From contig NC_087258.1 in the NCBI RefSeq assembly GCF_037042905.1, positions 20,708,001-20,772,000 of the forward strand: DNA of 64,000 nt. The letters are read 5' to 3'. Both the position numbers and the translations under genes were made by a program. The notes under the pieces are model-generated. The model had not been told where the DNA came from. It saw nothing but the letters and a program-made list of their open reading frames with translations, and searched no databases. This stretch comes from Lytechinus pictus (Eukaryota). This document shows, piece after piece, positions 25,473 to 39,087 of the stretch; the first letter of the stretch is position 1; the number at the start of each line of letters is the position of its first letter.

Positions 25473-26559
25473 TAATTACGCACATATTAAGAAAGTTAGA
25501 CTGGTATCAAAACTGTGTATGATGGCGCTATTCCAACTTCTTAAACGGTGGCATTACTTCGGGTACAATATGTGCGTAATATGTTCTTGGTGATTTAAGT
25601 CTATTTTTCATCATGGAATCGTATTAAGATAATTGACAATAATTCATAATTACTCGGATACTTGACAATAATTCATAATTACTCGGATACTGATAGGGCC
25701 TACTGTAGCAACAATTTAGTAGAAATTTACTTCATCTCTTGACCATGCTAATGAGAATGTATGTCATTTATCTTGACAGTGTTACAGTGGAACTCCAAAG
25801 TTAGTAAATCCCACCAAAAATGAACATAATATGTATTTAAAATGTTCAAGTTCTGCCATGTTTTAGATATCAAATAATTAATTCAGGTGATAAACTATCA
25901 AATTTAATAATGTTTATTTCTCTGGGATCGCTGTACATTGTAGTGTTGTTGTCTATATTGAACACTCAGCATGAAGGAGTGCATTTTGTGGTGGGGTTCA
26001 ACTTCTGAGAAGGAACAGATGACAAGGAACGGGAACAACTATTACTAAGGTATTAAAAAATAAAGCTAGAAAAATATACAAAGAAAGTAATAATCCCCCC
26101 CGAACAGACAAAGAAAAACTTTAAAAGGAAAGAAAAAACAACAATGACAGACAACAATAAACATTGAGAAAAATATCTTTCCTATAATAAAACAGAATGA
26201 AAAAAAAGAAAAATACACAAATAAAGAAAAATAAACACAGAAAAAAATAAAGAGATGGAGAGAGTGGGGGGGGGGGAGTTGGGAGAGAATATGAGAAGAG
26301 TGGATCAGGAGTACATGATATGAAACCTGAGCCAGAATCAGAGATGAGAGAAAGATACAAATATTTTTTTAATATAATCATTCCAACACAAACATTACTG
26401 AATGATTTCCTTTTACTCAAACAATTAAAAAAAGAGCATAAAACCACAATGTCACAAAACAATATCGACAAACAGAATCAGAACTTTCCTTTAAAGATTT
26501 TTGTTTTTGTTACCGAATAAAGATCTCTCAAAATATAGAACATTTAGTCAGGTACCCCA

Positions 26560-27060
26560 GCAGAATCTCTTCTTGATAGAAAAATAGAGATGCATTACAA
26601 TATTGAAAATATCAAATCATCCATGCTGAGATTTTTACACATGAAGACAAAAATTGTGGAAAAATTACCTACTTTTTTACATAATCAGATATCTAAATGA
26701 TGAAAACAGATTCTGTCTGTAAAGGAAAATTGGAACATTGAAGTCAGGTAACCTAATGAAATATTTTCTTGATAGAGAAAAAGAGATGCATAAAACATTG
26801 GAAATATCAAACCATCCATTCTGGGATTTATGCATATGAAGGGAAAAACACGGAAAATTGACTCTTGTTTTTTGCATAATAATATCTGTAAATGAGTTAC
26901 ACTGGAAAGGCATACTCTCTTTTAATAAAGGAAAATTCGAAAATTCAAGTAAGGTAGCAGAATAAAATATCTTCTTGATAGAGAAATAGAGTTGCATGCA
27001 TACAATATGAAAGATAAAATCATCCATTGTGGGGATTTTGCACATGAAGACAAAATGCCT
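26560..27060. repeat. Degenerate ~200-bp triple repeat upstream of gene 3 (also 37550-38050 and 1-260)
   Basis: tcttgatagagaaatagag.tgcat...aaatcatccat recurs three times. Confidence 0.65.
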
Positions 27061-27109
27061 AATTTGATAATGACACCCCCTCTATCGATGAATAAATACA
27101 TAACACGCA

Positions 27110-27138
27110 GTCAAGTTCAAAGGTAGGTGGGAATACCC
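27110..27138 (+). promoter_or_regulatory. Conserved upstream core / kappaB-like site (gene 3)
   Basis: Same motif. Confidence 0.5.
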
Positions 27139-27335
27139 AGTTCTATTGTTATAGGATGTTCAAAGTGGGTGTGTTTGACTTGTAGTTGAATTTGTATTGA
27201 AGTACAGCAATAGTATTAAGCTGAACCATTGCGTTGTATCACGAACTTGACGTTTCAATATACATAAGTCCTGATAGACATATATGTTTTATATTCGTTG
27301 GAATTTAGATCTCGTGTTTGTAAATTAATTTAGCG

Positions 27336-27962
27336 ATGGCTGAGAAGTGTGGATCATCAAGTTCTTCACCGAACCTGATTTGTCCATTATGTCTTGATAT
27401 ATTTGTCGAGGCGACAATCTTAACTTCATGTGGACACACATTTTGTAGGCGATGTCTCAAGAAATACGACCTAACCCACCAGGACCTTGATCACATGGTC
27501 TGTCCTCTCTGCAGGGAGATCACCAAGTTGTCCACCAGCCGTGTCGATGATCTCCGCCTCAATGTCTCCATCAACGGATGCGTAGATGATTACCACGCCA
27601 AGTGTGGAGGGATGAATGCTGTCCTCGAGATGTGTCAGAAATGCACCACTTGCAAGTCTCTGAAAGACGCTGTATCATTCTGCAGAACATGTAGTTGTTA
27701 TATGTGTGATGAGTGCTTACATTGCCATCAACATCTTACCATGTTCTTTGACGGTCATGAGATCGTATCCATGGATGATGTCACCGAAGGGAAGGTCAGC
27801 ATTGGTCATTTATTCGAGAAGTGCTCCATCCACAAACAAGAGAACAAGGACATGTTTTGTGAGGATTGTAAGGTCCATGTCTGTCACAAGTGCGTACTCG
27901 TTGATCATCAATATCACAAAATCAAGAACCAGGTTAACTTTGAGCAGGAGTTGCGACAGAAG
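27336..27962 (+). CDS. TRIM-like gene 3, coding exon A
   Basis: Paralog lacking the N-terminal EKA; donor AAG|GTAAAT at 27963. Confidence 0.93.
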
Positions 27963-28439
27963 GTAAATTTATTCATAATTATCACAGTAAAAACGCTATT
28001 TAAAAATACATATAATGCTGTTTACTATTGAATCTTTAATTAAACAGTTTAAGAAATTTCTTTGAAAATCAAATAGTAAAAATCAAACAGTGATTTTGGG
28101 AGTTTGAAAACCACATATTTTTTTAAAAATGCTGTTAAACAGTCTCTTATGAAAAGTAAACAGCATTTTAAACATAAATTCAATATAACGATGTTTTCTA
28201 TTTAAACCTTACATTGACAATTATAAGCTAAAATCAAACTTTCCTGTCTAAGAGTTTAAAGACTTGTTAAAACTTTGAACTACTGCGGTAAGGTTAAACA
28301 GCGTTCCATATACATTTTTAACAGCATTTTCACTGCGTACGGTAGGTAGGTTAGCATGGTTAGACACTGATACAGATATTGAAGTTGATCATTGATGTCG
28401 AAAAGAACAAACAGCAATGATCATTACCGTTTTTGATGA

Positions 28440-29018
28440 TTATAAGTCTATACCTCATAAAAATATTGATTTGAATCAAGAGATAATGCTTAAAATTTCA
28501 TCAAAATCGGATGTAAAATAAGAAAGGTATGACATTTTAAACTTTCACTTATTTTTCACAAAAAAGTGATGTATGCACAATTTAGTCACATGTAAATTAG
28601 ATGTACCTCACTCACTATTTCTTTTGTTTTGATTGAATTATACAATATCTAAACATTTACAGATTTAACAATAAGACCAATATGACTGAACCATAAAATG
28701 TTAAGCAGTGGTCATTCCACATGTTCAGGTAGAAGCAAAACTTTGTTACACAGGCAAATGAGGAGAAAATTTGAAATATTTAATATTTCTTAAAATAAAA
28801 AAAAAACAAAATAAATAGTGAGTGGGTGATGTCACCAGTCCTCTCCTTTGCATACCGACCAGGATCGGCATATAACTGTTTTGTGAAATTAAGCGAAATT
28901 TAAAAATGTCATAATTTCTTATTTTACATCCGATTTTGATGAAATGTTTAGTGTTATACGTGTTGTGTTTTTTTGCTTTTTATTAATGTTAACATTTTGT
29001 TGAGGGTAGACTTGTCCT
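28440..29018. mobile_element. Diverged Kolobok-like MITE in the gene 3 intron (homolog at ~2728-3280 in the gene 1 intron)
   Basis: Right end GGTAGACTTGTCCT|TTAA; interior similar to 33869-34439. Confidence 0.6.
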
Positions 29019-29123
29019 TTAAATATTAAGGGTGATCGATGATGTCAAAAAGAGTAATCAGCAATGGTCATTACAGTTTTTCGTCATGATTATGATAGTG
29101 GTGACGAAAATGATAATATCTGG

Positions 29124-29188
<65 letters not shown>

Positions 29189-29604
29189 CACTACTACCAC
29201 TACTACCACTACTATCATTAATACCACTATTACCACTACTANNNNNNNNNNNNNNNNNNNNNNNNNNNNNNNNNNNNNNNNNNNNNNNNNNNNNNNNNNN
29301 NNNNNNNNNNNNNNNNNNNNNNNNNNNNNNNNNNNNNNNNNNNNNNNNNNNNNNNNNNNNNNNNNNNNNNNNNNNNNNNNNNNNNNNNNNNNNNNNNNNN
29401 NNNNNNNNNNNNNNNNNNNNNNNNNNNNNNNNNNNNNNNNNNNNNNNNNNNNNNNNNNNNNNNNNNNNNNNNNNNNNNNNNNNNNNNNNNNNNNNNNNNN
29501 NNNNNNNNNNNNNNNNNNNNNNNNNNNNNNNNNNNNNNNNNNNNNNNNNNNNNNNNNNNNNNNNNNNNNNNNNNNNNNNNNNNNNNTTATTACTACTACT
29601 ACTT

Positions 29605-29664
<60 letters not shown>

Positions 29665-29681
29665 ATACTTATACTACTACT
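29124..29681. repeat. (CTA)n microsatellite with N-gap in the gene 3 intron
   Basis: Seen directly. Confidence 0.95.
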
Positions 29682-29994
29682 GGATGCTGATGACTAAACA
29701 ATAATAATGATTTTTTTTATTTGTAATACCATCATCAATATTATGAATATGGTTGCATCTTATTCATTTGTTCTTTATTCTCAATGTTGAACTACTGTGG
29801 TGATTATTATCGTAACTGTTTCAATTTGACATGTAATTTTGTATTTATATATGCCTGTGGTCTCTTTTCAAGCTTATTCAGAATATCGTAAGTCATTCTT
29901 TGTTTTATGATATTTCTCATTTTCACCTTTAACATGGTTAAGGAATATTTCCAGATCTAACTCGCTGTTTTTACTTATCACTTTCAATTCGTAG

Positions 29995-31359
29995 GTGACA
30001 GACCTTGCTCAGCGATGTGCTGACAAGAAAGCAGAGCTGGAGAAGAACATTCAGAACATAGAAATACAACGTCACGAGGTACACACTGCAGTGCAGACAC
30101 TACTAGATGATGTCAGGCAAGCCTACAGCATCAAGGCCAAACAACTTGAAGAAAATCTTCGAAATCTGATCGAGCAAATAAATGCCTTAGAACGTAGTTT
30201 TGATGACGACCTCGACGTCTTGAAGTCAAAAGATCGACAGAGGATCAAGAGTATTTGTAGTTCAATTACTTTGGTAGATAATGACAGACTGGGTCATCTT
30301 GAGACAGACACTCTATCTGCTCATATCTTGCTCTGTGAGGAGCTGGATACCATGCTGAAGGAGGTTACTGATCACACTTCTGTGGAAGCTATTAAGAAGA
30401 AAGCACAGGAGAAGAGGTTCAAACCAGCAGACAATGCCCGTCTTGACCTCGGGAGTATCTCAGAATATACTGATCATCCATCTATGGCAGCCATAAAGAA
30501 GAAAGCACAAGAGAAGAGGTTCAAACCAGCAGACGATACTCGTCTTGACCTCGGGAGCATCTCAGGATCAGATCCCAAGATGGAAGTCATTCAGTGTGTT
30601 GATCTACGGGAAGTGATGCAAGGTATGGCCCGGTACTCGCAAAGCACTGTCGCTATCGGGTATGGGTATAATGCAGAAGGTATTGATATCATTGATTCAA
30701 ATGGTGGGAAGCAGCAGTATAGAAACACACCCTTCAGTGACATGGAATGTAGTGATCTGGTGTTGCAACGGGACTGGACGTTGTGCGTGTCGACTTGTAG
30801 AACAGAAGCCTACATCTACTCTCCCCTTGGCTCCAAGAAAGCAACAATCCACGTGAGAAACAATGGATATTATCTCAGTGTTAACAGGAGTCCATCAGAT
30901 GAAATCATCATTACTAACTATGGAAAACAAGTCTATATCTATGACCCGACAGGATCCACTCTTAAACACACTGTTCAAACAAAGCACAGGACGGGTCAGG
31001 CATCTACCACCAGGACGGGTTTGATCGTCACGAGTTCATGTTGGGGCGATCCAAGCGTAGTGACGGTCTATGACAGGGATGGGAATGCTGGTGAGTCTCT
31101 ACAAGCTCCAGAGGATGTCTACCTGTATGCTGCCTTGGATGAGCAGGACAGGGTGTATGTAGCGAGTGTTGGTGAGGATAATAGTAGCGTCGTGATCAGG
31201 CTCTATGATCTTGATGGTCTGAACCTGAAGGAAAGAGTTGAGTTCAATGCACTTAATATGACATTGGATAGGAGTTGGTGTTACTTGGTTTCTCTCTCCC
31301 CAGACATGCTCGCCTTTGCTTGTTACAAGAAATTATATTTCATCAAGGTATCTCTGTAA
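29995..31359 (+). CDS. TRIM-like gene 3, coding exon B with a 34-aa internal linker duplication; spliced protein 663 aa
   Basis: Acceptor ttcgtAG|GTG; intact ORF; 102-bp tandem duplication at 30367-30570. Confidence 0.92.
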   Translation: MTDLAQRCADKKAELEKNIQNIEIQRHEVHTAVQTLLDDVRQAYSIKAKQLEENLRNLIEQINALERSFDDDLDVLKSKDRQRIKSICSSITLVDNDRLGHLETDTLSAHILLCEELDTMLKEVTDHTSVEAIKKKAQEKRFKPADNARLDLGSISEYTDHPSMAAIKKKAQEKRFKPADDTRLDLGSISGSDPKMEVIQCVDLREVMQGMARYSQSTVAIGYGYNAEGIDIIDSNGGKQQYRNTPFSDMECSDLVLQRDWTLCVSTCRTEAYIYSPLGSKKATIHVRNNGYYLSVNRSPSDEIIITNYGKQVYIYDPTGSTLKHTVQTKHRTGQASTTRTGLIVTSSCWGDPSVVTVYDRDGNAGESLQAPEDVYLYAALDEQDRVYVASVGEDNSSVVIRLYDLDGLNLKERVEFNALNMTLDRSWCYLVSLSPDMLAFACYKKLYFIKVSL

Positions 31360-32319
31360 TCCACGTTATATCACACCATGTAGTATGGAAACTGACGTGC
31401 TTTCACCCTGCTACAAATCTACTTTAACACGTGTTGATATTAAGTATAACATTTTTTTTTCGTGTAATATCTTCATCTAGTGACAAAAACACTTACACTG
31501 ATATAGATATAATACAATTTCTTTCATAGAAAATATGTTTGTTGAAAAAAAAGAACATGTGTTGAAGCCACAAGCTTGATAAAACATGTAAATTTTAGAA
31601 TTTGATACGACAATATTCAAGTTATACAAGTGATATATAAAATGAAGCAATTAATGAAGTATAAATATCATACATTACTTTGCACTAATTTTCCTAGTTT
31701 TGAATAACTAGTTAGTCTGCAACAAACATATAGGCCTATCGTACTTATCATTGTAATTATTAGGTGGTTGCAAAATAACTAACTTAAAAACCAAAATCTA
31801 TGTAAGTATTTATTGAAAATATGACTAATCAATCAGCAAATTTAATTAAAAATTTCAAGAGAATTACTATATTACATACTAATGAAAATATTTAGAGTGC
31901 ATAAGGGGGATAAACGGAAAATAAGCAGAAAGAGTACACTCTACAGTATTTCACATCATGCGAAATTCTCGGACCATCATACTCATGCCTGTTCGCTATT
32001 TGTATATTATTCAGTGGATCGTGGATGATTGAATGATAAGATGCTTTCTTTTGGACCGTCTAGAAGTTTCTTGCTGTTTATTTTCGAAAAGCGAAGATAC
32101 CAACCTCTGATAACAATTTATTTTGGGGGAAAAAACAACATTTGCCGATAAAAAACTTATCCTTTAGAAAGGTATTGCTTCAGAGTAGTCTTGAAGATAT
32201 TCCTTTTAGATTTCCTTTCTTCTGAGAATGTTTACAAGACATCTGAAGAATAAGTTTTTTTTCCTCCTTTAATTTGTCATAAGTCCCTCTGAAAAGGAAT
32301 GGAAGCAATGTAATAGTAC

Positions 32320-32535
32320 TTCGTATATTAGTGAACAAGTGAAGATATGAATATATAATTTATTCGTATATTAGTGAACAAGTGAAGATATGAATATATA
32401 ATTTATTCGTATATTAGTGAACAAGTGAAGATATGAATATTTAATTTATTCGTATATTAGTGAAGAAGTGAAGATATGAATATATAGTTTATTCGTATAT
32501 CAAGGGAACAGGTGAAGATATGAATATAAAATTTA
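32320..32535. repeat. 43-bp minisatellite, 5 copies
   Basis: ttcgtatattagtgaacaagtgaagatatgaatatataattta repeated five times; single copy in the flanks of genes 2 and 5. Confidence 0.9.
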
Positions 32536-33868
32536 TATTAATTTGTCAATATACGATCCGCCGATAACCATTTATTTAAAAAATAAAATGTTTGCTTGTA
32601 ATTTTTTTTTTGCGTACGTATTGTTTCAGAGTAGTCTTGAAAGCATACTGTTTTGCTTTCTCTTTGTTTTAATAATGTTTACAAGACATCAGAAGACTCT
32701 TTTTCTTCTTCTTTTGTCATAAGTCCCTCTGAAAGGAATGGAAGCAATGTAATGGTAATTCGTATATTAGTGAACAGGTGGAGATATGAATAGATCTATG
32801 TTCATTTGCCAATATATGCGTGTATAAATATAAGCGTGATCTCAATTATTATATACATAAAATTGCATATAGAAATGAATTGTATATGGTGTAAAGTATA
32901 AGTAAAAATCTTGCATTATCGTTGTATTAAGGTGTAGATACTTTTTAAGAATTATTTAGAGAAAATTCATACAGATAGATTTCACTATCTTTAATTTCAG
33001 ATTTAGTAAACTATTGCTATTCGACTCATATACTCAAGATTTTATTGCCCGGTGTTCTCTCTCTACATTCAAGTATGTAACCACGTTCATTTCAGATCCC
33101 CAAAGCAGTTTTAAAAGTCTTTTGCAATCGTTATCCCGAATTTGCATCTAACAAATTGGTGTGAACAAATAACAGACTAAACCACCCCTTATTTCAATTT
33201 TTTTCAATTTTCAATTTTAAATAAACATTTATTTCAATTTTTTTCAATTTCAAATAAACATTTATTTCGAAATTCAAAATGGAAGTTTAATCAAGTAAAA
33301 ATAGATAATTGTAAACATTGATCTGGAAAAATAAAAATAACAACTAGCTTTTTTCAGTACAAGTCCCAAACGACGAAATTATTTTCGATTGCGATTTTAG
33401 GATCATGAATTCAGCTTAAAAAAAAAAACGTTCTAAAAAAACCTTTTAAGCAAGAATTCGAGAGACCAAGTTATCACCATCACCAATTTCTGGTTGATTT
33501 GTGGTTATTTTCCTTCAATAACATTTCACTGTTTATACTTTGAATTTAATGTATAAATTATTTTTTTCTTGTGTAAATATCACGATTTATATTTTAGAAA
33601 TGCATGTTGTCGAATTACTGCTCTCTCAGACGTTAGTCTATGAGATTCTCTTGTGTATAGTTATGACCTATGTTTAGATCAATCGCTAACCTTTGTGTTA
33701 CCATGGTTACGGGACACTGGTAGACTTATAATACTGTTTATATACCTGTTTATATACCTACAAGGCTATAGGTATCGATTATTACCAACTATATAACACA
33801 AAAATAAAGAAAAATATCTTATCTCTTGATATGCTGACTGTATAATAAATATCTTGTTTTATACTTAA

Positions 33869-34439
33869 AGGACAAGTTCACCCAAACAAAAAGTTGATTT
33901 GAATAAAGAGATAAAAATCCAACAAGAATAACAATGAAAATTTTATCAAAATCGGATGTAAAATAAGAGAGCTATTTTAAAGTTTCGCTTAATTTCACAA
34001 AACAGTTACATGCACATGCACGGTATGCAAATAAGGATACTGATGATGTCATCCACTCACTATTTATTTTGTATTTCATTATATGAAATATTCAATTTTT
34101 TTCCTAATTGTCAAGTGAAACAACGATTAATTCCCCTCTGAACATGTGTAACTATTATTGTTTAAAGAACTAGGTTGTTTCTTATTGTCAAATATGTAAT
34201 AAATTAAATATTGTATAATTCAAACAATAAAAAGCAAAAGAAATAGTGAGGGACATCATCGACTCTCTCATTTGCTTGTCACTGAGTTGTGCATCACTGT
34301 TTTGTAAAAAATAAGCGAATCCTTAAAATGGCATAACTTTCTTATTTTACATGCAATTTTGATAAAATTTTCAGCGTTATGCTAGTTTGATTTTTCTCTT
34401 TTTAGTCAAATCAACACTTTTCTGGGGTGGACTTGACCT
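33869..34439. mobile_element. Kolobok-like MITE, 571 bp
   Basis: TTAA|AGGACAAGTTCACCC ... GGGTGGACTTGACCT|TTAA; empty site atacTTAAatcaagaatc at ~59283-59300 confirms the TTAA TSD. Confidence 0.85.
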
Positions 34440-35219
34440 TTAAATCAAGAATCATCATTGCAGAAGAAAGGCGCCTCAAGCTGCAAATCATTTTATTACA
34501 TTAAACAAAGGCTAAATTTTGATATTCTAGTGTTTTATTCTCTTAGGCCTATATGTATTAGAATGCATTTAGCAAAACAAAAGACAAAACAAATGGAAAC
34601 AAAACCGATATCCGATTATTTTATGAGATATATAAATGGTGAAGATAGAAAACGAGGGAAAATTATTCCGAGAGGACAATCTAGAGTTTGCTATTTAAAA
34701 ACGACCAATGTATATTTGATTAGAATTGAAGTATATCGAGCATATACATGTAGCTATTATTCCTTTTGAATTGAATCTATGGATTTCTCTTTTCATTAAA
34801 TCTTAAATACAAGAAAATTTAATCAAGTCTGTTCAAACTTTGAACTTGCTGAATACTAACTACATACAGTGCTTGCCAAAGAATGAAGGGGGGGGGGGGT
34901 GTATTCGGTGTGTGTGAGAGAGGGGGGACGAGAAGAGAGTAGAATATGAAGATGATTTACTTAAAAACCAAGAATTGTCTATCACTAATTTCGGTTGAAA
35001 AAAAATACATGAATAGTTAACACTATCAGATTCTGGTAAATAGTTTTAATAGGTAATCAGTGAGACACCAACATGAATTCTGAGAGTCTCTAGTAAAAAT
35101 AAAGGTTGAGGAGGGGGGGGGGGGGTGTCTTCTAAAATACATTCGTGTTACATTTGCTATAATTGACGACTTCCGGCACATGTGTATGTGATATAAGCGT
35201 CATGGCGACAAATGTGATG

Positions 35220-35270
35220 GTAATGATTATGATAGATGATGGTGATGATGAAGATGATGATGATAAAGAC

Positions 35271-35327
<57 letters not shown>

Positions 35328-35640
35328 AGTGGTGTGGTGGTGGTGCTGGTGGTGATGAAGTTAGTGGTAAAGATNNNNNNNNNNNNNNNNNNNNNNNNNN
35401 NNNNNNNNNNNNNNNNNNNNNNNNNNNNNNNNNNNNNNNNNNNNNNNNNNNNNNNNNNNNNNNNNNNNNNNNNNNNNNNNNNNNNNNNNNNNNNNNNNNN
35501 NNNNNNNNNNNNNNNNNNNNNNNNNNNNNNNNNNNNNNNNNNNNNNNNNNNNNNNNNNNNNNNNNNNNATGAAGTTAGTGGTAAAGATGGTGATGCCGAC
35601 GACGATGATGGTGATGATGATGATGACGGTGATGATAAGT
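35220..35640. repeat. (GAT)n microsatellite region with N-gap
   Basis: Seen directly. Confidence 0.9.
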
Positions 35641-35821
35641 TATTACGGAATAACCATCGTTAATACGCATGGTGGTGATAAGCAGAGATAGATGTGAAGG
35701 ATAATTGAGATATAAATTGCTTTTGGACGCGATGATCATAATGAAAATGAAATAAGATTATTGATCATTAATCTGTATACATGTATATTCAAAACAGCAA
35801 ATTTATCTCAAGTGACATCCG

Positions 35822-36078
35822 ACCGGTGTGTTGGCTCAGTTGGTAGAGCGTCCGTCTCACAACCGAGAGGTCGGGGGTTCAAACCCCGGCCGCGTCAGAC
35901 TAAAAGACGTTAAAAGATGGGAGTTGCAGCTGCTACCCTGTTTGGCGTTCAACATCAATGGGATAGAGCCTCGTCGATCTGGCGCTGCACAGCGGCTGCG
36001 GGGCCCACGATCAATTGCGCAAAGCAAATTGTCGGAGTATTTCATTTCATGTCTATTTCGAACAATAAATTATGGATT
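35822..36078 (+). mobile_element. tRNA-derived SINE (segmental-duplicate of the 24714 copy)
   Basis: Same flanks as the 24714 copy. Confidence 0.85.
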
Positions 36079-36231
36079 TTCATAAAATAGCCTTTATTAA
36101 AAAAATCATCAAACTTAAATAAATGTTTAAGTTAAGGAAAAACTTTAGGTGGACACTTTGATTTAGAAATTATTATTAAAATGGGCCATGTACGAACACC
36201 CAGAGGGAGAAAGGAAAGAAAGAGAATGTGG

Positions 36232-36262
<31 letters not shown>

Positions 36263-38102
36263 GGGGGCTTGAAAGAAAGGGAGAAAGAATTAAAGAAAAA
36301 AAAGGTAAAAAATAAAAAAAAAAGTAAAGTAGCAACGATGAAAAGAAGAGTAGGAAAGAGACATCAAAACAATAATATCGGTTTTTCGAAAGAAAAAAGG
36401 TAAGAAATTACAAAAATAAAGTAGCAACGATGAAAAGAAGAGTAGGAAAGAGACATCAAAACAATAATATCGGATTTTCGAAATAATTACGCACATATAA
36501 AGAAAGTTAGACTGGTATCAAAACTGTGTATGATGGCGCTATTCCAACTTCTTAAACGGTGGCATTACTTCGGGTACACTATGTGCGTAATATGTTCTTG
36601 GTGATTTAAGTTTTTTTTCATCATGGAATCGTATTAAGATAATTGACAATAAATCACAATTACTCGGATACTGATAGGGCCTACTATAGCAACAGTTAAG
36701 TAGTGATTCTATTCATCTCTTGACCATGTTAATGAGAATCTTTGTCATTTATCTTGACAATGTTACAGTGGAGCTCCAAAGTCAGTGAATCCTACCAAAA
36801 ATAAACATGAAATGTATTTAGAATGTTCAAGTCCTGCAATTTTTTTTAGATATCTAATAATGAATTAATTTGATAAACTTTCAAATTCAATAAAGTTTGT
36901 TTCTCTGGGCTCGCTGCGTATTGTAGTGTTGTTGTCTATATTCAACACTCGGCATGAAGAAATGCATTTTGTGGTGGGGTTCACTAACCTTTGAGAAGGA
37001 AAAGTGGACAAGGAACGGGAGCCACTCTTACTAAGGTATTAAAAAATAAAGCTAGAAAAATATACAAAGAAAGTACTACCCCCCCCCGAACAGACAAAGA
37101 AAAACTTTAAAAGAAAAGAAAGAACAACAATGACAGACAACAATAAACATTGAGAAAAATATGTTTCCTATAATAAAACAGAATGAAAAAAAAGAAAAAT
37201 ACACAAATAAAGAAAAATAAACACAGAAAAAAATAAAGAGATGGAGAGAGTGGGGGGGGGGGGGGAGTTGGGAGAGAATATGAGAAGAGTGGATCAGGAG
37301 TACATGAGATGAAACCTGAGCGAGAATCAGAGATGAGAGAAAGATACAAACATTTTTTAAATTATCCCGAAACAAACATTACTAAATGATTTCCTTTTAC
37401 TCAAACAATTAAAAAAAAGAGCATAAAACCACAATGTCACGAAACAATATCGACATACAGAATCAGAACTTTCCTTTAAAGATTTTTGTTCTTGTTACCG
37501 AATAAAGATCTCTCAAAATATGGAACATTTAGTCAGGTACCCCAACATAATCTCTTCTTGATCGAGAAATAGAGATGCATTACAATATTGAAAATATCAA
37601 ATCATCCATGCTGAGATTTTTACACATGTAGACAAAAATTGTGGAAAAAATGACCTACTTTTTTTTTCATAATCAGATATCTAAATGATGAAAACAGATT
37701 CTGTCTGTAAAGGAAAATTGGAACATTCAAGTCAGGTAACCTAATGAAATATTTTCTTGATAGAGAAAAAGAGAAGCATAAAACATTGGAAATATCAAAT
37801 CATCCATTCTGGGATTTATGCATATGAAGGGAAAAACACAGAAAATTGACTCTTTTGTTTTTTACATAACAAGATCTGTAAATGAGTTACACTGAAAAGG
37901 CATACTCTCTTTTAATAAAGGAAAATTCGAAAATTAAAGAAAGGTAGCCGAATAAAATATCTTCTTGATAGAGAAATAGAGTTGCATGCATACAATAATC
38001 GAAAGATAAAATCATCCATTGTGGGATTTCTGCATATGAAGACAAAAATGCCTAATTTGATAACGACACTCCCTCTATGAACGAATAAATACATAACACG
38101 CA

Positions 38103-38131
38103 GTCAGGTTCAAAGGTAGCTGGGAATACCC
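38103..38131 (+). promoter_or_regulatory. Conserved upstream core / kappaB-like site (gene 4)
   Basis: Same motif. Confidence 0.5.
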
Positions 38132-38328
38132 AGTTCTATTGTTATAGGATGTTCAAAGTGGGTGTGTTTGACTTGTAGTTGAATTTGTATTGAAGTACAA
38201 CAATAGTATGAAGCTGAACCATTGCGTTGTAACACCAACTTGACGTTTCAATATACATAAGTCTTGATAGACATATATGTTTTATATTCGTTGGAATTTA
38301 GATCTCGTGTTTGTAAATTAATTTAGCG

Positions 38329-38952
38329 ATGGCTGAGAAGTGTGGATCATCAAGCTCTTCACCGAACCTGATATGTCCATTATGTCTTGATATATTTGTC
38401 GAGGCGATAATCTTAACTTCATGTGGACACACATTTTGTAGGCGATGCCTCAAGAATTACGATCTAACCCACCAGGATCTTGATCACATGGTCTGTCCTC
38501 TCTGCAGGGAGATCACCAAATTGTCCGCCAACCGTGTCGATGATCTCCGCCTCAATGTCTCCATCAACGGATGCGTAGACGATTACAACGCCAAGTGTGG
38601 AGGGATGAACGCTGTCCTCGAGATGCGACAAAAATGTTCTGGTTGCAAGCTTCAAGGAGATGCTGTCTCATTCTGCAGAACCTGTAATAACTACATATGT
38701 GATAAATGTTTGCAATGTCATCAATATCTGTCAGTCTTTGGAGATCATGAGATTGTCTCCATGGATGATGTCATCGAAGGGAAGGTCAGCATTGGTCATT
38801 TATTCGAGAAGTGTTCCATCCACAAAACAGAGAACAAGGATATGTTTTGTGAGGTTTGTAAGGTCCATGTCTGTCAAAAGTGCGTACTCGTTGATCATCA
38901 AAATCACAAAATCAAGAACCAGGTTGACTTTGAGCAGGAGTTGCAACGGAAG
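38329..38952 (+). CDS. TRIM-like gene 4, coding exon A (divergent B-box1)
   Basis: Paralog; donor AAG|GTAAAT at 38953. Confidence 0.93.
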
Positions 38953-39087
38953 GTAAATTTATTAATAATCATCACAGTAAAAACTGTTTAAAAATCCATA
39001 TCGCTGTTTACTATTTGAACCTTACAGTAGTTGTTTAGAAGTTTAAACAACCTTGCTTATTTTTTTTTGAGAATCAAATATAAATAC

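Larger units (their letters stand above)
34500..38328 (+). repeat. Segmental paralog of ~23150-27335
   Basis: Shared GAT tract, SINE, 94-bp repeat and upstream region. Confidence 0.9.
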
